Source: Phycisphaerae bacterium (lineage in GTDB: Bacteria > Planctomycetota > Phycisphaerae > UBA1845). Taken from it: a stretch of 64,000 nt of DNA. Below, in pieces: positions 1 through 10,213 of the stretch. How positions within the stretch are numbered: position 1 is the stretch's first letter; every line of letters begins with the position of its first letter. The notes under the pieces are model-generated. The model ran no database searches and was not told the DNA's origin. It was given only the letters and a program-made list of their open reading frames with translations. The translations under genes and the position numbers were made by a program. The stretch lies in assembly GCA_029260075.1 (NCBI GenBank), contig JAJDDY010000039.1:6052-70051 (forward strand). The letters are read 5' to 3'.

Positions 1-1176
1 ATTGGTTCCACAGGAGTGTCCGAGTTCGTGAGTTGTGACGGAGACGTCCCAGTTGAAGGGGCTTGGTAACGTCGGAGTGGGAAATGAACCCACGGCATAG
101 CCCACGATGCCGTATCCATTGCTGCCGCATAAGGCGCTAAGAAACGCCTGTCCGCCGAACGGGAAGTCGCGTCGCCCAGAGAAGAACTGCGCCGTGTCGC
201 GCTGGACCGCGCCCATGTTCGCGTTCCAATACGGTCTGAACTGAAACAAGGGGTCGGGACCGTTAAACAGGTCGTCGGCGGTATCCCAAACGCGTACGAA
301 GACTACCTCAAACCGCGTGTCCACATCGCGCATAAAGATGGCACTCACCTCGCCATACATCTGCACGACGTAGTCGAACGTGGCCGTCGCGTCATCGAAC
401 AGCGTGAAGAGTTCGTAGTCGGTCTCTACAGCCAACTCGAGATGTTTCAACCCAACGCGGGGCGTAGAGAGGTTAGTCGAGGCTACGCCTAGGACGGATG
501 ATGTCACCGGGCTGTCGATCCATTCGCCGCGGTATTGGAGTTGGTCGCCCTTCACGCCGCAAAGTGGAACGTCGGCAACGCTGCCCGAACCAGCACGAGC
601 TTGGAACACGGACAGAAGATTAGGGCCAAGAACGCGGCCGTCACCGCCGCGCGACGAAATGCGATAACGCTCAGCACCGGAGCCTAGATCGATATAGCCG
701 GTTGAAGCGTTGCCGCTTAGCGAAAGATAGACATGCGAGCCGGGATGACCGACCACGCGGCCACGGAACATCGAGATGCGCGTCGTATCGTAGTCAAACG
801 GGCGATCGGTTCCATTCAATCGACCAACGACAAAGCGCGTATCCGGTCCTGCAATGCTGAACGGTTCAAGTTGCAACTCGACGGTCTGCTCTGCGCCGAC
901 CGGGAACCGCTCGACCCGAACCGGCACACGTCGATCATGCACATCGCGAAGAGTGGCTGCGTCGATCTGGATGATGGTAGCGCTCGAAGCCGAGGGCTCG
1001 ACCGAGACCACGCGCGGAGCGCTAAGCCGAACCACCACGGAACCGCCAAAATGCCGATCGGCGTTTGACGGTCGATTGTCTCGCTGCGCGAGCGCACCCC
1101 CCGGTGCTCCGACCAGCGTACACAAGCACAGCGCGGCGCGAACCGAGAATGTCGTTCGTACTATTCCAATGCCCAT
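1..1176 (-). CDS. Secreted M12B/reprolysin-like zinc metalloprotease (3'-truncated by window edge)
   Basis: Not in the ORF track; manual translation from ATG 1176: signal-like MGIGIVRTTFSVRAALCLCTLVGAPGGALAQ, PLCGV cysteine-switch-like motif, LELAVETDYE, and TTHELGHSCGTN (start of HExxHxxGxxH) at the window edge. Confidence 0.8.
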   Translation of the reverse strand, partial: MGIGIVRTTFSVRAALCLCTLVGAPGGALAQRDNRPSNADRHFGGSVVVRLSAPRVVSVEPSASSATIIQIDAATLRDVHDRRVPVRVERFPVGAEQTVELQLEPFSIAGPDTRFVVGRLNGTDRPFDYDTTRISMFRGRVVGHPGSHVYLSLSGNASTGYIDLGSGAERYRISSRGGDGRVLGPNLLSVFQARAGSGSVADVPLCGVKGDQLQYRGEWIDSPVTSSVLGVASTNLSTPRVGLKHLELAVETDYELFTLFDDATATFDYVVQMYGEVSAIFMRDVDTRFEVVFVRVWDTADDLFNGPDPLFQFRPYWNANMGAVQRDTAQFFSGRRDFPFGGQAFLSALCGSNGYGIVGYAVGSFPTPTLPSPFNWDVSVTTHELGHSCGTN

Positions 1177-1574
1177 GTCCCTACTCCGTCTTCAGAAACT
1201 GTGTAACCCCGAGGCAAGAAAATTAATTCGGCGTCGCCCGCTACCCCCCCCCCGATTCACCGGTAGCGCTCTAAGCTTGTCGCGTGAAACGACGGGAAAC
1301 GCGATCCCCGACCTGCCGAACCTCAAGCCACGATCGTACCGAAACGACCCCTCGCGTTCAAGCGAACAATACGTCGCAACGACACTCCGCCTCGCCCACG
1401 GTCAGTACTGCGGCTGCAAGAAGCGCAGTGATACACCACTATGATAGCGAAGAAGAAGGTGGAAAGAGCGGTCCGAACGCAACGCTATCGCAATCACGAT
1501 TCATGCGTGGGAGCCCACCATGAGGGTCCGACCGTGACCTTCACTATCGGACGAACGACGAGGTGCGGCTCGCT

Positions 1575-1728
1575 CCACTGCTCTGTCAGACATCGAACGA
1601 AGGGTTTACCGAGCCGCGCCCGTAAGGAAGCGGATGTCTGAATTCCGCTCGTAGCGACCCAAGAATGCTCCCTCACGGTCGCGGATCGGATCGGACGAAC
1701 CCGCCATTTTGATTGTGACAGGCCCTAG
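1575..1728. mobile_element. MITE-like element family A, copy 1 (REP doublet core)
   Basis: TGCTCTGTCA...GTGACAGGCCCTAG ends around CCGAGCCGCGCCCGTAAGGAAGCG...CTCCCTCACGGTCGCGG; similar copies at 26358, 34761, 55460, 63007. Confidence 0.75.
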
Positions 1729-3011
1729 TCGTAGCGAAGTGCTTCGATGGGGTCGAGCTTCGCGGCTTGGACGGCTGGATACATACCGAAAAAGATTCCG
1801 ACGATCACGGAGAGGCAGAAGCTGATGATTACGGACCATGGGCTGACGATGGTCTCCCACTCGGCAAGATGCGTGACCAACGTGGCGCCGAGCACGCCGA
1901 ACAACACGCCGACGAACCCGCCGGTGGTCGACAGGACGATCGTTTCGACGAGGAACTGTACCGCGATATGGCGCTGTCGCGCGCCGAGCGCCCGACGGAT
2001 ACCAATCTCACGCGTACGTTCGGTGACCGTGGCCAGCATGATGTTCATAATTCCGATGCCGCCGACCAACAGGGATATCCCGGCGATGAAGCCGAAGGTT
2101 AGCTGGCTGTTGCGTTTTTTCTTCTGGGCAAGTTGTAGCTGGGCGAGGGGAACTTTGACTTCGTAGTCGCGTACTTCATGGCCGTGCTCGAAGACGCGCT
2201 GAACCATACGCGAGACAGGCATGACGCTATCGATATCGTCGGCCGAGATGTATAGGCCTGAGTATTGCATCTTGATGTACTCGCGTGAACCGGCGGTGGA
2301 ACGGCGCGTGGTCTCGCCGAATTGGGCTAGCGTCGTTGAAAATGGCACGAGGATTTCTCGATTGAGGTTTCGCTGATTGACGCCTCGTTCTGGTGCGCCG
2401 GCGGTTTTCACCCGACCGAGAATACCCACCACGGTAAAGGGTACGGCCGTTGGGTAACGTTCGACGAGCAGCGTTTCACCGAGTGGGTCTTTGAAGGGAA
2501 ACAGTTCGCGTCGCACTTCTTCGCCGATGACACAGATGTTCGTTCGCTCCTCCATATCCTCGTCGGTCATACCGCGCCCGCGGGCGACAGGGACGTTGAC
2601 CACGTCGAAGAATTCCGGTGTCGTTCCGACGACGCCAAGCTCGGCCTGATTCACGCCGTAGCGGGCGCGGTAAGACACGATCTTCAACGGGACCACGCGC
2701 TCGATGTGCGAAAGCGTTTTCTTGATAATGGCCACGTCGTCGGTTGTGATTCCGTACTCGACGAGGTTGCTGTTGCCCTCCGCCGTCTTCTTGTTTTGCG
2801 GCGGTTTGACCGAATTGACAATGATGTTGTGCGTACCGAGCAACTCGATCAAACGCATCTCGTCAGCAGACGCACCCTCGCTAATCGATAGCATACAAAT
2901 GACGGCCGCCACGCCGAAAATAATTCCCAGCGACGTGAGCAACGAGCGCAACTTGTGCAGTCGAAGATTGTTCAGACCAAGACGAAATGTTTCGATGCTT
3001 AGGAGTTTCAT
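1725..3011 (-). CDS. MacB/FtsX-family ABC transporter permease
   Basis: RSLLTSLGIIFGVAAVI, ISLLVGGIGIMNIMLATVTERTREIGIRRALGA, YPAVQAAKLDPIEALRYD. Confidence 0.93.
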   Translation of the reverse strand: MKLLSIETFRLGLNNLRLHKLRSLLTSLGIIFGVAAVICMLSISEGASADEMRLIELLGTHNIIVNSVKPPQNKKTAEGNSNLVEYGITTDDVAIIKKTLSHIERVVPLKIVSYRARYGVNQAELGVVGTTPEFFDVVNVPVARGRGMTDEDMEERTNICVIGEEVRRELFPFKDPLGETLLVERYPTAVPFTVVGILGRVKTAGAPERGVNQRNLNREILVPFSTTLAQFGETTRRSTAGSREYIKMQYSGLYISADDIDSVMPVSRMVQRVFEHGHEVRDYEVKVPLAQLQLAQKKKRNSQLTFGFIAGISLLVGGIGIMNIMLATVTERTREIGIRRALGARQRHIAVQFLVETIVLSTTGGFVGVLFGVLGATLVTHLAEWETIVSPWSVIISFCLSVIVGIFFGMYPAVQAAKLDPIEALRYD

Positions 3012-4804
3012 GGGCGTCGATCTAGGGCTGCCGTTGAATCATTTGGACGCGTGTCCTCAAGATCGTTATCTGACGTGGCCCGTTTCGCGACGGATAGAAT
3101 GCCATCAAGGACTTCGCCAACCTCTGGGTCCAGACCACTGCTCGCGACGTGTCGCGCAAGAATATGAAAGCGTGTTTTTCTCAGCAGATTTGGCAGTTCG
3201 AGCCGTTCAAAAAACTCATTGAAAACACGCTCCAGGAAGTCGTCGGACGCCTTCGTGTCGTACCACCACCGATCAAATCGATCACGAATGGCCGCCGGAG
3301 GTACAAACTCCCGGATGCAACTGTCCATCGTCTCACGCCACCGCGCGGATTCTGAGGGCTCAAACAGAGGCCCAACGCCTAATCGACGGACCTCATCCTC
3401 CGCGTACGCCCGAAGTGTTTCTGGCTGGCAGAGATAATTCTCGATTTCCCGCCGGTGCCACATGGTCAGCACAAGCATTTCCGTGCTTTCCAATTCCTTT
3501 TCCAAGCGATCAAACAGGCCGAATCCTACCAAGTCGGGCTTGGCGGCCCGAAGTCCATGAAAGTGATGTGCCGCTTGGCTAGGTTGGTTTTGCACATAGT
3601 GGACAAACGGTCGGTCTAAGTACGGCGATACTGGATGGCCTATTCGCTGCGCGAATTGTTGAAGGATCGCGAGATCCGTTGCCCCTTCGAGGTAAAGAAC
3701 CCATCCCGTTTGTTCAGCTTGATAGTACTGATCGAAACCGATTTCGCTTAGGGACTTCAGAACTTGGCTACCCCTGTCATCGATTCTGCGTGGTTTGCCA
3801 AGAAAGGCTACGACGACGTCTCGGCGGGCGGCCTCGTTGAGAAGAACCTCGGAGTGGCTTGCAGCAACAATCTGACATCCTGTCTCGCGCGCCACGTCCG
3901 TCAAGAGCTGGTAGATTTGCCGCTGACGAAGAATCTCCAAGTGGGCATCGGGCTCGTCCAGAAGCAGGACGCTATTGCGGTGCGAGTAAAAATAGGCGAG
4001 TATCAGAAGCGTTTGCTGAAGGCCCCGTCCGCTACACGAAAGATCAAGTGAAGGCCCTGAGCGTTCGCGAAAACTCATTGTGATTTCGCCGCGTTGATCT
4101 AAATAAGTCGGTGCTTCGATAGTGACGCCAAATAGCGTATGTATATGATCTGCGACTTGTTTCCAGCGCTCTTCACCATCTTCGCCTATACAAATGCTGA
4201 AACACAGATTGCGGAGGACTTCAGCCGTTCTTCCCTCGCCGATACGGACCTTGATGGCCCCAGGGTCGATCCGTAACTCAGCGGCGGCCAACCCGGACAT
4301 CGGAGGAAGAAATGCGACGTTGATACCGAGGGCTTCAACCGGTATCGCCATGCGGGAGGGATGCTTCGCTTCTTCCGTGCGCACAGGCCTGCAATGGAGC
4401 TGCTCCTTGCTACTGTAGTCGAACTCCAGGCCGCACTTCCACGCCGTGCTTTCCGTGACACCTTCCACGAGCACTTCAACACGAATGTTCTTGGTCTTCT
4501 GTATTCCCTCTTCCTGCCGTGTATCACGCACATGTAGGTTGCGCCATAGTTGCTTCGCGTCTGGTAACGGGATAGCAATAAGGTCTCGACGGTTGATCGC
4601 CACACCGGCGCGCTTACGGTCATCAGTAGTCGACGTTCCGTGTTTTTCCGTCCATCGATTCAGGCCGAGCTCCCACAGCGCCAGCGCCTGGAGCGCAGTG
4701 GTTTTTCCCGAATTGTTAGGACCGATGAAAACGACCGGGTTACCTAGTTCGATCTCCGCGAATTCGAATCGCTTGAAGTGGCGCAAGGTGAGCTTAGTCA
4801 GCAT
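3008..4804 (-). CDS. ABC-type (AAA_15/AAA_21-like) ATPase fused to TOPRIM-like domain; OLD/PARIS-like
   Basis: Start MLTKLTLRHFKRF; Walker A GPNNSGKT, Walker B LLLDEPDAHL, SHS H-loop; C-terminal LYLEGATD, LFDR, REIENYL. Confidence 0.75.
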   Translation of the reverse strand: MLTKLTLRHFKRFEFAEIELGNPVVFIGPNNSGKTTALQALALWELGLNRWTEKHGTSTTDDRKRAGVAINRRDLIAIPLPDAKQLWRNLHVRDTRQEEGIQKTKNIRVEVLVEGVTESTAWKCGLEFDYSSKEQLHCRPVRTEEAKHPSRMAIPVEALGINVAFLPPMSGLAAAELRIDPGAIKVRIGEGRTAEVLRNLCFSICIGEDGEERWKQVADHIHTLFGVTIEAPTYLDQRGEITMSFRERSGPSLDLSCSGRGLQQTLLILAYFYSHRNSVLLLDEPDAHLEILRQRQIYQLLTDVARETGCQIVAASHSEVLLNEAARRDVVVAFLGKPRRIDDRGSQVLKSLSEIGFDQYYQAEQTGWVLYLEGATDLAILQQFAQRIGHPVSPYLDRPFVHYVQNQPSQAAHHFHGLRAAKPDLVGFGLFDRLEKELESTEMLVLTMWHRREIENYLCQPETLRAYAEDEVRRLGVGPLFEPSESARWRETMDSCIREFVPPAAIRDRFDRWWYDTKASDDFLERVFNEFFERLELPNLLRKTRFHILARHVASSGLDPEVGEVLDGILSVAKRATSDNDLEDTRPNDSTAALDRRP

Positions 4805-4877
4805 GGTGTTGACCCAAGATAGCAGCCTTCGGATCGAAGCGTGCGACGTGTCGCATGGTCCGCGATACAGGCGAACG

Positions 4878-6401
4878 TCATCCGCCGAACTTGATCCCCT
4901 GCGCCAGCGGTAGTTCTGTCGTGTAGTTGATCGTATTGGTCTGTCGGCGCATGTAGGCTCGCCAGGCGTCGGAGCCGGACTCTCGGCCGCCGCCTGTTTC
5001 CTTTTCACCACCGAACGCCCCGCCGATTTCCGCGCCGCTCGTGCCAATGTTCACGTTGGCAATGCCGCAATCGCTACCGGTGTGGGCCAGGAAACGCTCG
5101 GCCTCCAGTAGGTTTCGCGTGAAGATGGCGGAGCTCAAACCCTGCGGCACGTCGTTGTGCAGGTGGATGGCTTCGTCGAGCGTTTTGTAACCGATGATGT
5201 AGAGAATCGGTGCAAACGTTTCGTCCTGAACGATCTGAAACTCGTTGCGGGCTGAGGCGATGCACGGCGTGACGTAGCATCCGCTGGCGTATTGCTGACC
5301 CTCCAGCTTTTCGCCTCCGCAAAGTATTTCGCCGCCCTCCTGTTTGATGGTGGCGATGGCGGTCATCATGGTGTCGACCGCCTTCGTGTCGATCAACGGT
5401 CCCATCAGCGTGCCGGACTCCATCGGGTTGCCGATGTTGACTTGCTTGTAGGCGGCGAGGAGCCGTTCGACCAGCTCGCTTCGCATCGACTCGTGTACAA
5501 TGATTCGTCGTGTCGACGTGCATCGTTGTCCGGCCGTGCCCACGGCGCCGAACAAGATCGCCGGGACGACGAGGGCCATGTCCGCCTCGGGTGTCACGAT
5601 GATGGCATTGTTTCCGCCGAGTTCGAGTATCGATCGACCCAGACGCTTGCCGACGACTTCGCCAACGCGATAACCCATGTTGCAACTTCCGGTGGCGGAC
5701 ACGAGCGGAATGCGACGGTCTTCGAGCAATCGCTCGCCAACGGAGCTACCCCTTCCGATCACGAGACTGAAGATGGCCGGGTCGGCGCCCGTCGCCTTGC
5801 ACACACGTTCGGCGATCTTCGTACACGCAATCGCGGTCAACGGAGTTTGCGATGAAGGCTTCCAAAGCACGGCGTCGCCGCACACAGACGCCAGCGCACC
5901 GTTCCACGACCATACAGCCACGGGAAAGTTGAAGGCGGAGATGACGCCGACCACGCCAAGCGGATGCCACTGTTCGTACATTCGGTGACCCGGACGCTCC
6001 GAGTGCATGGTGAGCCCGTAAAGCTGTCGCGAGAGGCCGACCGCGAAGTCGCAAATGTCGATCATCTCCTGAACCTCACCGCCCCCTTCGGGAAGAATTT
6101 TTCCCATCTCCAAGGTGACGAGCGCGCCGAGGTCGGCCTTGGCCTCGCGCAGGGCGTTGCCGAGTTGGCGAACCGTCTCGCCGCGCACGGGTGCGGGCAG
6201 GACGCGCCAACTCAGAAAGGCTTCGTGGGCTCGGTGCGCGATCTGGTCATACTCGTCGGTCGTGACCTGCGTGACGGATGCGAGCGTCGAGCCATCGCCC
6301 GGCGACTTCGATTCCAGCGTGTCGCCGCTTCCGATCCACTCGCCACAGAACCCCCCGGCGTTAACCGATTCGATGCCCAATCGACGTAGAATATCATTCA
6401 T
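4878..6401 (-). CDS. Aldehyde dehydrogenase family 7 (piperideine-6-carboxylate/aminoadipate semialdehyde dehydrogenase-like)
   Basis: ISAFNFPVAVW, LELGGNNA, GTAGQRCTS, ETFAPILY, GAFGGEKETGGGRESGSDAW. Confidence 0.92.
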   Translation of the reverse strand: MNDILRRLGIESVNAGGFCGEWIGSGDTLESKSPGDGSTLASVTQVTTDEYDQIAHRAHEAFLSWRVLPAPVRGETVRQLGNALREAKADLGALVTLEMGKILPEGGGEVQEMIDICDFAVGLSRQLYGLTMHSERPGHRMYEQWHPLGVVGVISAFNFPVAVWSWNGALASVCGDAVLWKPSSQTPLTAIACTKIAERVCKATGADPAIFSLVIGRGSSVGERLLEDRRIPLVSATGSCNMGYRVGEVVGKRLGRSILELGGNNAIIVTPEADMALVVPAILFGAVGTAGQRCTSTRRIIVHESMRSELVERLLAAYKQVNIGNPMESGTLMGPLIDTKAVDTMMTAIATIKQEGGEILCGGEKLEGQQYASGCYVTPCIASARNEFQIVQDETFAPILYIIGYKTLDEAIHLHNDVPQGLSSAIFTRNLLEAERFLAHTGSDCGIANVNIGTSGAEIGGAFGGEKETGGGRESGSDAWRAYMRRQTNTINYTTELPLAQGIKFGG

Positions 6402-6494
6402 CGTTGCTACTCACTTGACGTCCAGAATTATCCAAGACCGAAGGATAGTAGAGCAGGCGTGGGAGTCAAGGATTGCGCAGACAAGACGACCCCG

Positions 6495-7010
6495 TCAATC
6501 GATGACGGTTGGCCGGCGGTGTTGGGAGGCTTTGGCGGCTTGCGGAGAGAACCTCGTGCCGCACTCCGGACAGCGATTGCTTCGGTTGCCGCGTAGATCG
6601 TAACCACACTCGACACAAAGTCCGTAGTGGGTTCGCCACCGCCTGCGGAATGGACCGCGAACGACGGGAACGATGCAGAGTAGGGAAAGCGAGAACGTGC
6701 TGAACCAGAAGGGGAACACCAACCAGGTCCGGCGATAGGGACCGCTACGGTTGGTACTTAGAAAAAACGAACTCTTGATGGGCGCGGGTTCATAGTCGAG
6801 TCGGCTGCGAAACTCGGTAGCCGACGCGGTCTTGGTGGGCAGACTCAACAATTCCAACCCGCAACGACCGTCCTTCAAGTAGATCCAGAGCGACTTGTCG
6901 AGCGTCACGTCGTAGCGATACCATTCGGGTTCGTTGTGGCTCTTGTGCCACATTGAAATGCTGTAAGGCAGCCCGACGAGTGACGCGATGGCTAGGATTT
7001 TCCAGATCAT
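6495..7010 (-). CDS. Membrane protein with C-terminal zinc ribbon
   Basis: Hydrophobic N-terminus MIWKILAIASLVGL, second TM segment, CVECGYDLRGNRSNRCPECG; start uncertain. Confidence 0.7.
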   Translation of the reverse strand: MIWKILAIASLVGLPYSISMWHKSHNEPEWYRYDVTLDKSLWIYLKDGRCGLELLSLPTKTASATEFRSRLDYEPAPIKSSFFLSTNRSGPYRRTWLVFPFWFSTFSLSLLCIVPVVRGPFRRRWRTHYGLCVECGYDLRGNRSNRCPECGTRFSPQAAKASQHRRPTVID

Positions 7011-7574
7011 ACAGGGTCCGTGGCCGCGTGTGGCGATACCGATCCGTAGTCTGCGATCATGCCGATGTCCGTCTGTGTAACTGTGCCCGACGAGTTTGGC
7101 CCGATCCATCGACTGTCGTCCATCATACGCCGTCGTGTACGCCCAAAGCAAGCGCTATTTGGGTTGGCCTGCTGCAGCGGGGTGCATGACAGAATCGGCG
7201 GCATTTATCAGAGAACAGGGCGCGAGCCCTGTGACGGGTCTGGTATCGACGAAGCGCTGTGCTCGTTCGTATCATGTCTGTGGGCTTGCGCCACAGCTCT
7301 GACAGGGCGTGCCGCCTTCAACGTGGTTGTTGAACGACCCGCATAATCTGTCACACACCCGCTGCAGCGGGTGCGTGACGAAATCGGCGGATCTATGAGT
7401 CGCCGTGCGGAACGGCCGATTCATACGGAAATGGCTCAATGCACGCGTGCCATTCAACCACTCCCTCACGGTCGTGGCTCTGATCAGGCGCATCCATACC
7501 GCCGAACGCCTCACGCACCCTGCTGCAGCGCGTTCCGTCGCTATTGCGTCTCCTCAACACGCGCGCACCGGCCG

Positions 7575-8414
7575 CTACCGATTGGATGGCGAAATCAACT
7601 CGGCGTGACGCGCTTCGATCCACCCGCTCTTGCCGTCAGCCAGCGTCAGCTCCCACCAATCTCCGTTTGTCGTTTCTTGTAAGACAAACTCCACGCCGGG
7701 CTGTAGCGGCTGCTCGAACTTACGCTGCCAACCCGTTCCCGGTCCCTTGTAGACCACAACGTCCAAGCTCGTGACCACGCCCTCGGGCGCGTTGCGATCC
7801 GACCATCGAGAAGACGCCACCGATATCGTCGAAGCCGTAGCCACAACCGCCATCGAAATCGCGAGTATCGCAATCGATCGCGACGGGACGAAACTTCGTA
7901 GGGTCAGGAGCAACCAGAACAACAGGTAAGCCGCGACGGCGGTCTTCATTCGCCCCGAGAGCGAAGTCTGGAAGTGCCAGAAAAACACGCTCCTGATAAC
8001 AGTGCTTCGGCGTGTTCGTTGGATTGTTGTAAGGCAACGCTGGCGTGCCACCTTAAGGTTTTCGACGAGCATGTGGTTTTGAGGGATGAGCCTTTCGGCG
8101 CGGCGATAGTGGAGAATCGCTCGACCCAGATCGCCGGCTTGTAGGTAACTGTTGGCCAGGTTGTATTCCAGTCGACCGTTGACCACGCCACCGCTGACGA
8201 TACTTTGAAATCGCTGTGCAGCTTGGCGGAAAAGCCTCCTTGCACGATCCGGCTTGTCCGCTTGAATTTCCTGGGCCTCGTCGAAGTCGGCCAGCGCCTG
8301 CGCGAACACGTCGCGATCGGGCGCGAGCGCGAGTAGCACGCGGTCATCAGCGACGGACGCACTGACAAGAGGAAGCAGCGCCGCCAGCGCAAGTATGATG
8401 GCGCGTTTAGTCAT
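7575..8414 (-). CDS. BatE-like TPR/SH3 protein
   Basis: Signal peptide, YNLANSYLQAGDLGRAILHYRRA TPR, TM pair, C-terminal SH3b-like WWELTLADGKSGWI; ATGA overlap with upstream gene. Confidence 0.8.
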   Translation of the reverse strand: MTKRAIILALAALLPLVSASVADDRVLLALAPDRDVFAQALADFDEAQEIQADKPDRARRLFRQAAQRFQSIVSGGVVNGRLEYNLANSYLQAGDLGRAILHYRRAERLIPQNHMLVENLKVARQRCLTTIQRTRRSTVIRSVFFWHFQTSLSGRMKTAVAAYLLFWLLLTLRSFVPSRSIAILAISMAVVATASTISVASSRWSDRNAPEGVVTSLDVVVYKGPGTGWQRKFEQPLQPGVEFVLQETTNGDWWELTLADGKSGWIEARHAELISPSNR

Positions 8415-10213
8415 GAGCGATGTTTCTCGATTTTCTTGATCCATGTTCGAACACGCGTCGCGTATTGCTTCGGCGACACGTCCTCTCCGGCGCCGGGCGC
8501 ATAGCGCGACGCGTCGCAGTTTTCAAGGAATTCTACAATCTGCGCAGCGACCGCTTCTGAGAATCGGTGGCTGGCTAGCGTAGTTCGGACCTCGGATGGC
8601 GTAAGCGTGCCCGACCCCAGACCGAATCGATCGGCCACGTAGTTGGTCATTGCTTCGGCCAAGCCGTGCAACTGCTCGTGATCGCCCGCGCCACGAATGG
8701 CCAGCTTGATCGATCGGTGCGCGCGACGGGACGCGCCGCTGCGCCGCGCGAAACTGGAATCCGTCTTCAACCTAGCCCGGTGTCTTGTCGTTAGGGCTAC
8801 CACCATCCAAATCATCGGAGCCGCAAGTAGCGACGTGAGCCACGGCGGCGTCAATGCGAATGCTTGGTTGGCGAGGACGGCCTCGGCGTCGGTAAAGTTC
8901 GGTGAGATTCCTCCGGTAAGCACGGTGAGCGCGGTCCCCTTCGACGCAGCCTCCGGCGCCTCGGCGGTGAAGACCGTCGTGCCGTCGTCCGGCGGTGGAT
9001 CGACGGAGATGGCAATCGGATCGCTGGTCAACGTCACATACGCCTCCGCTCTCGGATCGAAGTGCGACCAGGAAATGGGCGGGATGGTCTGCTCGCCAAC
9101 TTGCTTAGGGAAGACGGCGCGGCGAAAGACCTTCGCCCTTCCCTCCACGTCTCCGACGAGTTCGTCCTTGGTGAAATCGAAGCGGCTGGCGAGTTGTGGT
9201 TGTTTTGCAAGGTCGGGACCGGCCACGCCGTCCATGGAACTTCCGCTAAGGCTTATCGTAAGTGTGATCGGTTGACCCTGCTCTACGCGCGTGGGCTTCG
9301 CCGTGACCCTTAGATTGAAGCGACCGATAGCGCCTGTGTAGTCTGCGGGGCGACCCTTTTCCGGCGGGCTTTTGACCTCAATCACGATCGCCTCGGCGCG
9401 GGCGACCTCTCGGCGACTCATGGAAACTTCATTTCTACCGAAAAAACCACGCCGAACGGCTGTCGGGTAGTTCGCGACGAAAAACACGGGACCGATGAGT
9501 AGCTCGCCCGCCTCTTCAGTGCGAATCGTTTTCGTGACGCGGTAGATGGTGTAGCGGTGTCGCTGGCCGTTGCTATCCGTAAGCCATCGCTCGCTGGTGG
9601 TGGCCTGCCCGTTCTGAAAAACGGACAGTTGCGACGACCGCAAGTCCAACACCTGACGCAGAAGGTCCATCGCAATGCTTCGTCCGCCGATGACGACCTT
9701 GCGAATGCCGAAGGTCAGCGTCGCTGATACCGTCTCCGTGACGTAGAGCGATCGTGGATGCGCCTCGACGCTTGCATAAATGATGCGATCTGCTTGGGGC
9801 TTGTTCGACTGAACCGTGCGGCGCACGACGATGCGCTCAGCCTGTGATTGATACGATCGACCGCTAGCGCCCACGGATATTGGGCCGAGCATGTAGGTGC
9901 CCACGCGCTGAGCGCTAAGCTGCAGCACGTATGTGTAGGTGAGTCGCTGCGATCGGCGCCCGTTGATGATTTCAGTGAACGAGCTCATGGAGGGCGTGCT
10001 GTTGACCAGCTTGAGGCTTAGTCCATCAGGGATGTCAGTTTGTGGTGTGTCTGGTTTGCCGGTGTTGATGCACGCGAGCTGGACGTTGATCGTTTCACCA
10101 ACTTCCAAGAAATTGGTCGGTAACTCAAGCCGCACCTGCGGGTCCTGCGCCATCGCGGTCGAGGCGACCAGCGCAACGACGCCGGCGATGATCTTGGTAA
10201 CACCGGCCGACAT
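8411..10213 (-). CDS. BatD family protein
   Basis: Signal peptide, SFTEIINGRRS, YTGAIGRF, IPPISWSHFDP...YVTL, C-terminal CDASRYAP; TAATG overlap with upstream gene. Confidence 0.85.
   Translation of the reverse strand: MSAGVTKIIAGVVALVASTAMAQDPQVRLELPTNFLEVGETINVQLACINTGKPDTPQTDIPDGLSLKLVNSTPSMSSFTEIINGRRSQRLTYTYVLQLSAQRVGTYMLGPISVGASGRSYQSQAERIVVRRTVQSNKPQADRIIYASVEAHPRSLYVTETVSATLTFGIRKVVIGGRSIAMDLLRQVLDLRSSQLSVFQNGQATTSERWLTDSNGQRHRYTIYRVTKTIRTEEAGELLIGPVFFVANYPTAVRRGFFGRNEVSMSRREVARAEAIVIEVKSPPEKGRPADYTGAIGRFNLRVTAKPTRVEQGQPITLTISLSGSSMDGVAGPDLAKQPQLASRFDFTKDELVGDVEGRAKVFRRAVFPKQVGEQTIPPISWSHFDPRAEAYVTLTSDPIAISVDPPPDDGTTVFTAEAPEAASKGTALTVLTGGISPNFTDAEAVLANQAFALTPPWLTSLLAAPMIWMVVALTTRHRARLKTDSSFARRSGASRRAHRSIKLAIRGAGDHEQLHGLAEAMTNYVADRFGLGSGTLTPSEVRTTLASHRFSEAVAAQIVEFLENCDASRYAPGAGEDVSPKQYATRVRTWIKKIEKHRS

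Noticed and set aside
4805-5047. N-terminal extension of the 679-aa ORF
   Set aside because: Overlaps the aldehyde dehydrogenase 3' end; ATPase family-like sequence begins at ATG 4804
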